Below are positions 20,715-30,208 of a DNA stretch of 64,000 bases, one piece after another (the first letter of the stretch is position 1; the number at the start of each line of letters is the position of its first letter). The position numbers were made by a program, and so were the translations under genes. The stretch comes from Promethearchaeota archaeon (lineage in GTDB: Archaea > Asgardarchaeota > Lokiarchaeia > Sigyniarchaeales > SOKP01): the NCBI GenBank assembly GCA_019058445.1, contig JAHPZA010000003.1:607811-671810 (forward strand). The letters are read 5' to 3'. The notes under the pieces were generated by a model that saw nothing but the letters and a program-made list of their open reading frames with translations, made no database searches and was not told where the DNA came from.

Positions 20715-22772
20715 TTGACTAAGAGTGGAAAAAGTAAAAATAAATGGATCGTAACTAGCGCTTGGCCTTACGTGAATGCTATACCTCATTTAGGAAACAT
20801 GATTGGCAGTGTCCTGTCCGCGGATGTTTTTGCGAGATTTCTTAGATTAAAAGAAAATGATGTAGTCTTCGTCTCAGGTTCAGATGCTCATGGCACACCT
20901 GTCGCAGTAGCAGCTAAAAAACAAGATATTCCTGCTGAAGAATTAGCAATGAAAAATCATGCGATAATTAAGAAATTATTTGAGAGATGGAATATATCTT
21001 ATGATAACTACACTCAAACACATAATCCAACTCATATTGAATTTGTTCAAAATTTTTATCTTGACATACAAAAAAATGGATATATCTTCGAAAAAGAGAT
21101 AAAATCACTATACTGCGCACATGATAATTTATATCTTCCAGACAGATTTGTAGAGGGTATTTGTCCACATTGTAAAGATGATAGAGCACGCGGAGATCAA
21201 TGTGATGCATGTCAAAAACTATTAACGCCTCTTGAATTGATAGAACCAAAATGTGCGATTTGCGGAAAAACTCCAGAAATACGGAACACAAAACATTGGT
21301 ATATGGATTTTCCAAAATTACAGGATCGCCTTGCCGCACTAATTAAAAATAACAAAATTATCCCTCCAAATGCTAGACAAGTGTGTCTAAATAGTATTGT
21401 CGAAGGTCTTCCAGAGAGAGCAATAACCAGAGATTTGGAATGGGGTATCCCTGCTAAGTTCAAAGGTGCTGAGGAAAAAACAATTTATGTCTGGTTCGAA
21501 GCTGTTTTGGGCTATGTATCTGCTGTAAAGGAATGGGCAGAAAAAATCGTAAAGAAACCAGAACTCTTCGATTATTTTTGGAAAGATTCTAATACTAAGA
21601 CAGTGTATTTTATTGGAAAGGATAACATCATTTTCCATTTAATTGTATTTCCCGGATTGCTTTTAGCATATAATGAGAATAAAAAAAAGCAGGACCAATT
21701 AGTGCTTCCCTATAATGTTTCATCCACCGAATTTCTCATGTATGAGAATGATAAGTTCTCTAAATCTAGAAGAGTAGGTATCTGGATAGATGAAGCTTTG
21801 GAATTAGCCCCTTTAGATTATTGGAGGTTCAATTTATTATACAATAGACCAGAAAAAAGTGATACGTCCTTTTTATGGTCTGAATTTGATAATAATATTA
21901 AAACACTAAACGATAATATCGGTAATTTTATTCATAGGACGCTTACATTTATTAACAAGCAATTTAAAGGGATCATACCAAATAAAATTGAGTATGACAA
22001 TATCGATAAGAAGTTCATTTCAAATCTAAATACAATTAGCGAAAGAATAGGAAAGCTTTTAGAACAATTTAAGCTTAGAAAAGCGTTAAGAGAAATAGTA
22101 ACATTTGCTAAAGAAGGAAATGTGTATTTAAATGATAAAGCTCCCTGGCATTTAATTAAAGAAAATAAGGAAGCTGCGGGGAATGTTTTTAATATATGCG
22201 CACAAGCAGTTTATGCTTTTGGTGTGCTATTAGCACCATTCATTCCTGAAACTTCCGAAAAGATTTTGGATTTTTTAAACGTCTCTGAAAAATTAACTCC
22301 ACTTTCATGGGATAACATTAATGAAGATGCTTTAAAGGCAGGTCAAAAAATAAATACTCCAAAACCTCTTTTCCAAAAATTAGATATTAATGAAATGCAA
22401 GAAAATCTTGAAAAAATAAGAAAAAAGAAAGAAGGCAAAGGTGAAGTTGAATTGGTCTCATATGATGAATTTTCGAAATTAGATATAAGAGTTGCTCTAG
22501 TTGAAAAAGCAGAAAAAGTGCCGAAAGCAGATAAATTGATAAAACTGTCCATTGATTTAGGAACTGAAAAAAGAACTTTAGTAGCAGGATTGGCAGAATT
22601 TTATGATGCCAAAGATTTAGTGGGTAAAAAAATAATCATTTTAGCAAATTTAGAGCCAAGAAAACTCAGAGGAATAGAAAGTCAAGGCATGCTTTTAGCT
22701 GCTGATGATGGTAAAAACGTAGCAATGTTAATCCCAGATAAGGATATAGCCCCTGGTTCAAAAATAAGGTAG
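20715..22772 (+). CDS. metG: Methionyl-tRNA synthetase with C-terminal tRNA-binding (Trbp111-like) domain
   Basis: SAWPYVN..HLGN, zinc knuckles, YVWFEA, KFSKS, LEPRKLRGIESQGM. Confidence 0.97.
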   Translation: MTKSGKSKNKWIVTSAWPYVNAIPHLGNMIGSVLSADVFARFLRLKENDVVFVSGSDAHGTPVAVAAKKQDIPAEELAMKNHAIIKKLFERWNISYDNYTQTHNPTHIEFVQNFYLDIQKNGYIFEKEIKSLYCAHDNLYLPDRFVEGICPHCKDDRARGDQCDACQKLLTPLELIEPKCAICGKTPEIRNTKHWYMDFPKLQDRLAALIKNNKIIPPNARQVCLNSIVEGLPERAITRDLEWGIPAKFKGAEEKTIYVWFEAVLGYVSAVKEWAEKIVKKPELFDYFWKDSNTKTVYFIGKDNIIFHLIVFPGLLLAYNENKKKQDQLVLPYNVSSTEFLMYENDKFSKSRRVGIWIDEALELAPLDYWRFNLLYNRPEKSDTSFLWSEFDNNIKTLNDNIGNFIHRTLTFINKQFKGIIPNKIEYDNIDKKFISNLNTISERIGKLLEQFKLRKALREIVTFAKEGNVYLNDKAPWHLIKENKEAAGNVFNICAQAVYAFGVLLAPFIPETSEKILDFLNVSEKLTPLSWDNINEDALKAGQKINTPKPLFQKLDINEMQENLEKIRKKKEGKGEVELVSYDEFSKLDIRVALVEKAEKVPKADKLIKLSIDLGTEKRTLVAGLAEFYDAKDLVGKKIIILANLEPRKLRGIESQGMLLAADDGKNVAMLIPDKDIAPGSKIR

Positions 22773-22773
22773 G

Positions 22774-24018
22774 TTATACTTTTAGGCTAAAGATTGGATT
22801 TAAACGAGCAATCATATCTCCTAAATCTAATTGAATTGTTTTTAATGCTATGCTTCTTCCACGATATTCAAATTGTAAATTGGTAACATCACGCACTATT
22901 TTTACTCGTTCTGTATCCGATCGTAATTCACATTCGAAATATCTTTGATCTTTATATTCCATGATACTTCTCACTTTTTTTATATCTGGAAAAGCGTATC
23001 CTCCTCCATGAGGCAAAATATTAGCAGTTCTCAAATTTTCTAATACTTCTAGTCGCTCTCCTCTTTCAATAAAATGCATATTTCTTAAGGTGGTCTCAGA
23101 TAAATTTTGTTTGCCTTTAAACAGATACGCCGCAATATCTGCTCTTAATGTTATGGGAAAAATGTTATTTCTAATTGCTTCAGAATTTATATCTGTACAA
23201 TTAGTACCCAAATACATAGTGTTATAATCTTTTAAGAATTGATGAGGTTGATTACAGATAATTTCATAATTATTTCCAAATAACTTATCCGCTATAATAC
23301 GTCTCTTCATATTTGAAAACTCTAATGCCTTATTATTAAACTCTAAATATTCATCTGCTTCATTATCAATAAGAATATATTGCTTTCCAAATACGGTGGT
23401 CTCTTTTATTGCTGTATTTCTTAATGTCTTTGATTTATCGATATAAAGTCCTATTCCATATTTATCATCTCTAAATTCTGGAGCAGAACCATGAATCATA
23501 AACATATAGGGGGGTAAATCTAAGCCAGAAAGGTTTTTCGTTTCAAAACAGTTAATAAAATGATTTGAGATTCCATAATCCCAATTTATTTGAATATTAT
23601 CATAGTATAATTCTGTAGCTTTTACTTCATCAATTCGCGTTATTATCTTATAAGCATTGGGTAATTCATCTAAACCACCTACAAGAATTCCACAATGGTT
23701 TGGCTTTACGTTTAAAAAAATGAGTTTCTGCTTTCCATTTCCCCAATTTAATTTTCCCCCATAACCTAAACCAGAATTCCATCGAAATGCATTTCTCGAA
23801 ATTGTTTCATCTGGAGATGATATAAATAAAGCCTTCGGGTCAAAACCGTATTTCTCTTGTAAAAGATGAATCTGGGCAAGCCCATACTTCATATTTGCTT
23901 TACATAACTTTGACGCACCATCATTTAAACCGGTAGAAAATATAAATTCTTTTGCTCTTTTTAATAATTCAATTTTTTGTAAATGGGATACTTTTTGCGT
24001 AATGCTGGTTGAGCCCAT
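22774..24018 (-). CDS. Divergent RtcB-like protein
   Basis: Motifs in RtcB order: SPD, NHCG, SNHF, IHGS, PHQ, PHGGG, C-terminal LNP...LKV. Confidence 0.65.
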   Translation of the reverse strand: MGSTSITQKVSHLQKIELLKRAKEFIFSTGLNDGASKLCKANMKYGLAQIHLLQEKYGFDPKALFISSPDETISRNAFRWNSGLGYGGKLNWGNGKQKLIFLNVKPNHCGILVGGLDELPNAYKIITRIDEVKATELYYDNIQINWDYGISNHFINCFETKNLSGLDLPPYMFMIHGSAPEFRDDKYGIGLYIDKSKTLRNTAIKETTVFGKQYILIDNEADEYLEFNNKALEFSNMKRRIIADKLFGNNYEIICNQPHQFLKDYNTMYLGTNCTDINSEAIRNNIFPITLRADIAAYLFKGKQNLSETTLRNMHFIERGERLEVLENLRTANILPHGGGYAFPDIKKVRSIMEYKDQRYFECELRSDTERVKIVRDVTNLQFEYRGRSIALKTIQLDLGDMIARLNPIFSLKV

Positions 24019-24190
24019 TTTACCTTTTTTAAATCCGAATGTAATTTATATGATTATTGAAATTATATATTATACACTTATATATATATTCTTGAAAATT
24101 GTGATATAAAGATATAACATTCTTTATTGAATGAGAATGAGAAAATATCGATTTAACTAAAATAGTTGGATATATGTGTACTAAAGTAAA

Positions 24191-24841
24191 ATGGAAATAA
24201 TGACCGACAATAATATAGTGTTATTTGATTACCTCAACAATACTAAAATTAATGGGGAATTTAACGGTTCTATCATATCTAAATTTAAGGAATATGTGAA
24301 TTATTTAATTTTTTCTGATAATATTAAGATTTCTGAGGATGATGGGATTCAAATTTCCCAAGGATTAATGGTGGGATTTGAAAGAGATGTAAACAAACAT
24401 CTCGCATTTTCTAAAAAGGATGATTTTATATGGAGAGATCTTGAGAATTGTCCATTGGAGTATTCAATTTTAGTTCCAAGTGTGATTATGGAACAATATG
24501 ATGAGGGGCAATTCTCTGATGCGTTTCCTTTTACTATCACAATGCTTCATACGGCAGGATTATATCAAAAAGAACCTGATGGATTATATGTGGATCATTT
24601 AGATTTTTTTCAGGGTGAAATACTGAGGAATCCTGTCGGATTATTTAATAGAGGAATCTGTATTGCCGATAGAGTTGTAATAGATCATAGAGGAGATCCT
24701 GTTTTTTATGATTCTATCTTAGTAGGTCGAAATGAAAATGATATCTTAGAAGTTAGTTATGAGCCATTAGTTAATGTGAAAATGGATTATGATGTAGTGC
24801 GTTTCATCATAATTTTAGGAATTGAAAATCTAAAAGAATAG
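24191..24841 (+). CDS. Hypothetical protein
   Basis: 216-aa ORF; 21 bp from the downstream ATPase; no motif recognised. Confidence 0.7.
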   Translation: MEIMTDNNIVLFDYLNNTKINGEFNGSIISKFKEYVNYLIFSDNIKISEDDGIQISQGLMVGFERDVNKHLAFSKKDDFIWRDLENCPLEYSILVPSVIMEQYDEGQFSDAFPFTITMLHTAGLYQKEPDGLYVDHLDFFQGEILRNPVGLFNRGICIADRVVIDHRGDPVFYDSILVGRNENDILEVSYEPLVNVKMDYDVVRFIIILGIENLKE

Positions 24842-24862
24842 TATTTCTACAGGATGTAAAAA

Positions 24863-26080
24863 TTGCTCATATATGAAAACAGAAAAGCAAAGCTACTTAA
24901 TATATTTAAAATAGGGATTAATCCATTCAAAAAATTTGTAGCGACTGGTGAAATTAAAGAAGAGCTCGGATTTGTCACTTCCAGAAAGGAGTTGACGGAA
25001 TCCATCATTGATATAATTGAAAATAATAAAAACATCATATTACCAATTATTGGTGAAGTTGGAGCCGGAAAAACACACTTATTTTGGAATTTAAAAAAGA
25101 AGCTTCATAATCATAATACATTTTATATTTCATTGGAAAATTATCGGAAGTTTTATTACAGTCTCTATTCAGAGTATATTGAAGAACTTGGAGTTGGGTT
25201 CTTAAGAAGTATTGCTAATGAATTATGTAATAAATGGGGCGCACTTGAGAGAAAATTTGGATTTTTTCACGTAGCTGACATTGAAAAGGTGCGAGAAACA
25301 GCATTCGAACAAATATCAAAAAATTTTGAAGATAAAATCGCCTTAAATGATATAATTAACGCAATTACAGCTCATCAATTAGATCCTTATAAAAAATTGG
25401 AAGCAGAAAATTGGTTATTAGGAGAACTCATGGATTTTAGAGATTTAGCTCATCTTAATCTTTTATATGACCTCCGAAAAAAATCATATGCATTTACTAT
25501 GTTAAAAATTACAATTGAAAATTCAAAACTAGGAAGCGTTTTATTTATTGATGATTTTGAGAAGATTATTTCATTAATGAAAAAATCTGAAGAAGGCTCT
25601 GAGGAGATTTTTGATCCAAGTTATCTTTATGGCAGTGAGGGAAGTACTTTAGATAATAGAGCGGCTCAAAAAATTCTTGATAAAATCTTAAATTTACAAA
25701 AAATAAGAAGTATTAAAATAATAATTACGTTAAATTCAATTGATTCCTTAGAAGAAATAAAAAGAAAAATTCAAGAAAAAGACAAGAAATTATTGCTCTT
25801 GTTTAAAAATCCACTTTTTCTATCAAATTTTGAAGAAAATGATATTTTTGAGTTTTATAAAAAAAATATGAAAAATTTCTTGAAATCGGTTAATTATCTT
25901 GAATTCATGGAAGAATATCCAGACTCTTACTTTCCATTGAATGAGAAGACGTTGAGAAATATTAATGACAAAGTTAATGGGAATCCAAGAGAAATCTTAA
26001 AACTTTTAATAAAAATCTTTAACGAGATTATTTATTCAGATGAGAGCTTAGAAAATATCATTCACTCTTATGAAAATTAG
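24863..26080 (+). CDS. AAA+-like P-loop ATPase
   Basis: Walker A GEVGAGKT, Walker B LFIDDFE, GNPRE sensor-2-like motif. Confidence 0.85.
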   Translation: MLIYENRKAKLLNIFKIGINPFKKFVATGEIKEELGFVTSRKELTESIIDIIENNKNIILPIIGEVGAGKTHLFWNLKKKLHNHNTFYISLENYRKFYYSLYSEYIEELGVGFLRSIANELCNKWGALERKFGFFHVADIEKVRETAFEQISKNFEDKIALNDIINAITAHQLDPYKKLEAENWLLGELMDFRDLAHLNLLYDLRKKSYAFTMLKITIENSKLGSVLFIDDFEKIISLMKKSEEGSEEIFDPSYLYGSEGSTLDNRAAQKILDKILNLQKIRSIKIIITLNSIDSLEEIKRKIQEKDKKLLLLFKNPLFLSNFEENDIFEFYKKNMKNFLKSVNYLEFMEEYPDSYFPLNEKTLRNINDKVNGNPREILKLLIKIFNEIIYSDESLENIIHSYEN

Positions 26081-26087
26081 CTTAAAC

Positions 26088-26834
26088 CTATAAACTTTTT
26101 AATAAAAGCTTTTGATATATATCAATTTCATTTAAAAACATCACTTTATATTCATTTTCCCATTCAGAGCTTTCAAAAAGTTCTCTGAAAGATTCTAACT
26201 TACTCACACTCATGGCTGAATTAAAAAAGGTGAGTAAAAGAAATCTAAATGCCTTTTTTGTAAACATCTGGTAAATTTCAGCAGCATTTAATAACTCATA
26301 CAAGTGCTCTTCATTTCTAATAAATTTCTTTAATACGCTTGAGATGAGATCTTGAAGCGCTACATCTGGATTTTGCAATAATTTAAAAAATTTTTTGAAG
26401 GTATTGATAGGAATGGTTTCATAAAGCAACATAGCTTTTAACGCATTAATTGAAATTGGTAAGTATTCATCTAATAAGGCATATTCTAACATATTAAAAA
26501 TTTCTTCAGAAAGTTGAATATGATTAGCTATCTTATTTATGGCACTTAGAATCTCATTGCGAACCCATCTATCCGAGGAATAATAGTGTTCTATCAAGAA
26601 GTTAAGGTATTTATCATCTAGACTCTGTTCCATTCCGATTTGTCCAAGAGTATATATCAAATTTAGTTTAATCTGACTAAAAATCTCTGGATTATAATTT
26701 TCTACAAAGTAATCAATAATGGCTAAATATTCTTTTTTAGGATTATTGCCCAATTCAATCAAGAAGGTATTAATTTCATCTGAATCCTTAGACGCTTTGA
26801 TTTTTTCAAACTTTTCAATCAATTTTCCCATCAT
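26088..26834 (-). CDS. HEAT-repeat protein
   Basis: IYTLGQIG, DRWVRNEILSAI, ALLDEYLPISINAL. Confidence 0.7.
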   Translation of the reverse strand: MMGKLIEKFEKIKASKDSDEINTFLIELGNNPKKEYLAIIDYFVENYNPEIFSQIKLNLIYTLGQIGMEQSLDDKYLNFLIEHYYSSDRWVRNEILSAINKIANHIQLSEEIFNMLEYALLDEYLPISINALKAMLLYETIPINTFKKFFKLLQNPDVALQDLISSVLKKFIRNEEHLYELLNAAEIYQMFTKKAFRFLLLTFFNSAMSVSKLESFRELFESSEWENEYKVMFLNEIDIYQKLLLKSL

Positions 26835-26872
26835 TATTTTTAGATATAGTATTAAAAAAAAACTTTATTATT

Positions 26873-27613
26873 CTATACTTTTTTTCCAACAACGCCTACA
26901 TAAATAGCAGTTTCACTTTTTCCATCAATATCCAATATTGTATTTAGTTCATCATCGAAAATTGCTCCAATTGCACAAGCTCCTAACCCGAGAGCTTCAG
27001 CAACAAGATAAAAATTCTGACCAATATGCCCACAATCTAGATATATGTACCGGTAGCATCTCTGTAAATATTTCCATTTAGATCGTTCTATAATCGCAGT
27101 AAATATGAAATTCACAGCCGAATTAAAAGCCATTTTTTGCCCTAAACATCCATTCGCAACTTCAGTGCGAAAATCCCCAACTTTTATTAATTCTAAGCTG
27201 TGTTCTGGAATATTAAAGTGATACACTCCTTTTTGTAATCCCTCAACATTATTTACTACAGGATAAATTTCAATAGGATATAACCCGCCAGCTGAAGGGG
27301 TAATTCGGTAAGAAAATTGGGTAAAAAGACGAGTAAGCCCTTCCATTCCAAATAGGAGAAGACTAATATCCATCAGAGTAAGAGAATTTTTTGAGAAATT
27401 CCTTGTAGAATGCCTCTTCACTAAAATGTCCCAGAATTTTATTGTATCATCAAATTCAGGTGAAGGGAGTTTAGTTTTCGATATCGCATTGTCATAAATT
27501 TTGTAAGTTTTTGGCTTTTTTGACCAATCCAAATAATGTTGAGGTAAATTCTCCCTTGTGTATTTAGATTTTTGCTGAAAATTATCTCCATAATTTTCGG
27601 AAGATCCATTCAT
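26873..27613 (-). CDS. SagB/ThcOx-family nitroreductase (FMN oxidoreductase)
   Basis: RHSTRNF, PSAGGLYP, KY..RCYRYIYLDCGHIGQN, GACAIGA. Confidence 0.9.
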   Translation of the reverse strand: MNGSSENYGDNFQQKSKYTRENLPQHYLDWSKKPKTYKIYDNAISKTKLPSPEFDDTIKFWDILVKRHSTRNFSKNSLTLMDISLLLFGMEGLTRLFTQFSYRITPSAGGLYPIEIYPVVNNVEGLQKGVYHFNIPEHSLELIKVGDFRTEVANGCLGQKMAFNSAVNFIFTAIIERSKWKYLQRCYRYIYLDCGHIGQNFYLVAEALGLGACAIGAIFDDELNTILDIDGKSETAIYVGVVGKKV

Positions 27614-27766
27614 AATATAAATGATTGAACTTCAATTTAAATAATTTGAGTTAAATTGAAAATTATTCTTCAGTTTTAAGCTATAAACAAATCATTTTTA
27701 AAGAGTAAATTATTCATATTCAAACCCAGCTATAATCACTTTTAGATTAATAAAAAATTTGCACAT

Positions 27767-28411
27767 ATGACTCAAGACCTTAAACAATTCCGACAAGCTA
27801 AAAAGATTAGAATATTTCGTATTTATTTAATCATCGAGCTAATAATCTTAATTCTCTCAATTATTATTCCGCATAATATTATAATTTTAATCCACGCTTA
27901 TTACGGCTGTGGACATCATAGCGGAGGAATAGACGGGGATCTCTGGGAATGGGGCAGAGCTCTTGGATGGACAGCCTTGATATGGTTTATTATATCCTTT
28001 TTTCAAGGATTTACTATTAACAAACACGCCAAATTTTTTCTTAGAAAAAGAAAAGCTCGAGATTTGCACTGTATCAGTTCTATGCTATGTATTTTGTTTT
28101 TTCTTTTACATATTTTTTTCCTATTTATTTCAGAACCTTGGAGATCCATCTTTTTGTTGAGAGATAGAAAGCATTTTCCTTATCAATTATTTCAATTCAA
28201 AATTGGTACCGGAATATATATGGCGATTGTAATGTCCTTAGTTTCCATATTATCCTTCGCAGCCCGGGATGCAAAAGTTATGAAAAAGATAGGGTATAAA
28301 CGATTTCGCATAATTCACTGGATAATGATTATCTCCACAATTATTCTAATCATCCACATCGTATTCATAAATACGGAAATTTGGATTATAAGCGGTCGTA
28401 AAATTAGGTAA
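27767..28411 (+). CDS. Ferric-reductase-like (MsrQ-type) heme b membrane protein
   Basis: About 5 TM segments with paired His (DLHC..LLHI; IIHW..IIHI); KKIGYKRFRIIH. Confidence 0.65.
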   Translation: MTQDLKQFRQAKKIRIFRIYLIIELIILILSIIIPHNIIILIHAYYGCGHHSGGIDGDLWEWGRALGWTALIWFIISFFQGFTINKHAKFFLRKRKARDLHCISSMLCILFFLLHIFFLFISEPWRSIFLLRDRKHFPYQLFQFKIGTGIYMAIVMSLVSILSFAARDAKVMKKIGYKRFRIIHWIMIISTIILIIHIVFINTEIWIISGRKIR

Positions 28412-28446
28412 TCCTAAAAAAAATAATATAAAAAAAAAGTATTATT

Positions 28447-29979
28447 TTAAAATTTATCTTCATCCTTGTACCAAGCTGGATACCAGCGATAGTAATCTTC
28501 CGGGAACGCTTTTTTTAGACCCTCGTAAGTTGCTTTTACTAATGCGATTTTACCATCTCGGTCGCGATTGGTAGCGATTAACTTCTTTTCTTCAAGGCTT
28601 TCAAAGGTTTTTCTAATTGCTGAGCGACTGCCGCCTATATCTTGTCTTACATCATCAGGAGTCATATAAAGACCTGGATTAACTTTATAGTCATGTGCAA
28701 TCACCTTTAAAATATTTTCCTCATTTATCTCTAATCCTTTAAATTGAGATTCCTTTTTTGAGACAAGAGGAGCGTTAACCTCATCATTCCAACGTAGTCT
28801 CATAGGTTCATTATTCTCTGGCAACATAGAGGCAAAACGGTAGATTATCATCTTTTGTATTTCAGAAGTCCCTGCGACAATTTCGCCGATTTTTCCTTCT
28901 CTAACAATGCGTTCTGCTCCATAGAATTTAGTAAGTCCATCTCCACCCATTGCTTGTACCGCTAAAAGCCCAGCATCTCTCACATATTCACTAATGAACC
29001 ATTTTGCGATGGATGCATTAATCATAGGTTCTTGTCCGTCATCCAATTGTTTGGCACAATTATAAGCGAAAACGCGTCCCATTCTGTATTTGGCAATTAA
29101 TTCTGAAATTTGGTTTTGAACTCCAGGGAATTGGTTAGTGGATCTCCTAAATTGAACCCGCCTCTTGGTATAATAGAATAATAGCTTAATAATGTCTTTA
29201 ATTACTCCAACATATACTGCACCTGCAATAAGGCGTTCGAAATTTAAACCCGCCATCATTACGTTCCAGCCTTTGCCTACGGCTCCAACCCGATTCTCAT
29301 CAGGAATTCTAACATTATTAAATGATAGATATGTGTTAGGTACATTATCGAATCCAATTAAAGGATTTACTCTTTCCAAATGAAATCCTGGCAATCCTTT
29401 TTCAACGATAAAAGAAGTGATATGAGAATACTGCTTACGATCAGACTTGTCTTCACTGGTTTTCGCATAAATAAAATAGCGATCAGAAACACCACCACCA
29501 GTGATATATCTTTTCTTACCATTAATTATCCACTCATCACCTTCTTTCACGGCCGTAGTCATGACATTCGCAGCGTCAGATCCTGCATAAGGCTCAGTAA
29601 TACAAACAGCACCTAATTGGTCTCCACTTGCCATTTGAGGTAGCCATTTCTGTTTTTGCTCCTCTGTAGCATATCTTAACATTTGTTCTAAACCAGCAAG
29701 CATAGATACTACAAATACATGACCGACTGAATAAAGCCTTCCTAGTGCTTCCGCAACGATACATGAACCCGTGGCACCCAATTCTAATCCACCATATTCT
29801 TTGGGAATTCCTGCTCCAAAATATCCTTCGGCAGCAACTTTTTTCACTAAAGGCCAAGGAAATTCTTGTTTCCAAAAGAAATATTCAGCATCTTCAAAAT
29901 TCTCATCGACAAACTGATTTACTTTCTTGGAAATTGCCTTTTGCTCCTCAGTCCACCAAAAAAAAGTTTCATCACTCAT
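28447..29979 (-). CDS. Acyl-CoA dehydrogenase with C-terminal wHTH-like extension
   Basis: CITEPYAGSD, INGKKRYIT, RVQF, QAMGGDG, GTSEIQ; ~130-aa extension. Confidence 0.9.
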   Translation of the reverse strand: MSDETFFWWTEEQKAISKKVNQFVDENFEDAEYFFWKQEFPWPLVKKVAAEGYFGAGIPKEYGGLELGATGSCIVAEALGRLYSVGHVFVVSMLAGLEQMLRYATEEQKQKWLPQMASGDQLGAVCITEPYAGSDAANVMTTAVKEGDEWIINGKKRYITGGGVSDRYFIYAKTSEDKSDRKQYSHITSFIVEKGLPGFHLERVNPLIGFDNVPNTYLSFNNVRIPDENRVGAVGKGWNVMMAGLNFERLIAGAVYVGVIKDIIKLLFYYTKRRVQFRRSTNQFPGVQNQISELIAKYRMGRVFAYNCAKQLDDGQEPMINASIAKWFISEYVRDAGLLAVQAMGGDGLTKFYGAERIVREGKIGEIVAGTSEIQKMIIYRFASMLPENNEPMRLRWNDEVNAPLVSKKESQFKGLEINEENILKVIAHDYKVNPGLYMTPDDVRQDIGGSRSAIRKTFESLEEKKLIATNRDRDGKIALVKATYEGLKKAFPEDYYRWYPAWYKDEDKF

Positions 29980-30208
29980 CTTATATTCCTTTTATAATTA
30001 GTTTTAAACCAAAATTATTGTAATTTTTGATTTTAAGTATTACGTATGTAAAATTTTCATTTTTGATAAATCTTAAAGTTTTATAGTTCGATTTTTTTAC
30101 ATTTCTCACTGACAATTATGTTATTGCTCTTTAGATAAAATTAATTAGAAGCATATTCTTATTTTAAATTTACATATAATATAATCCCAGAAGTAAGAGC
30201 TGATTGAA

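Noticed and set aside
26873-27613. SagB as part of a RiPP (azole peptide) cluster
   Set aside because: No YcaO, E1-like protein or Cys/Ser/Thr-rich precursor nearby; stand-alone SagB-like nitroreductases are common.
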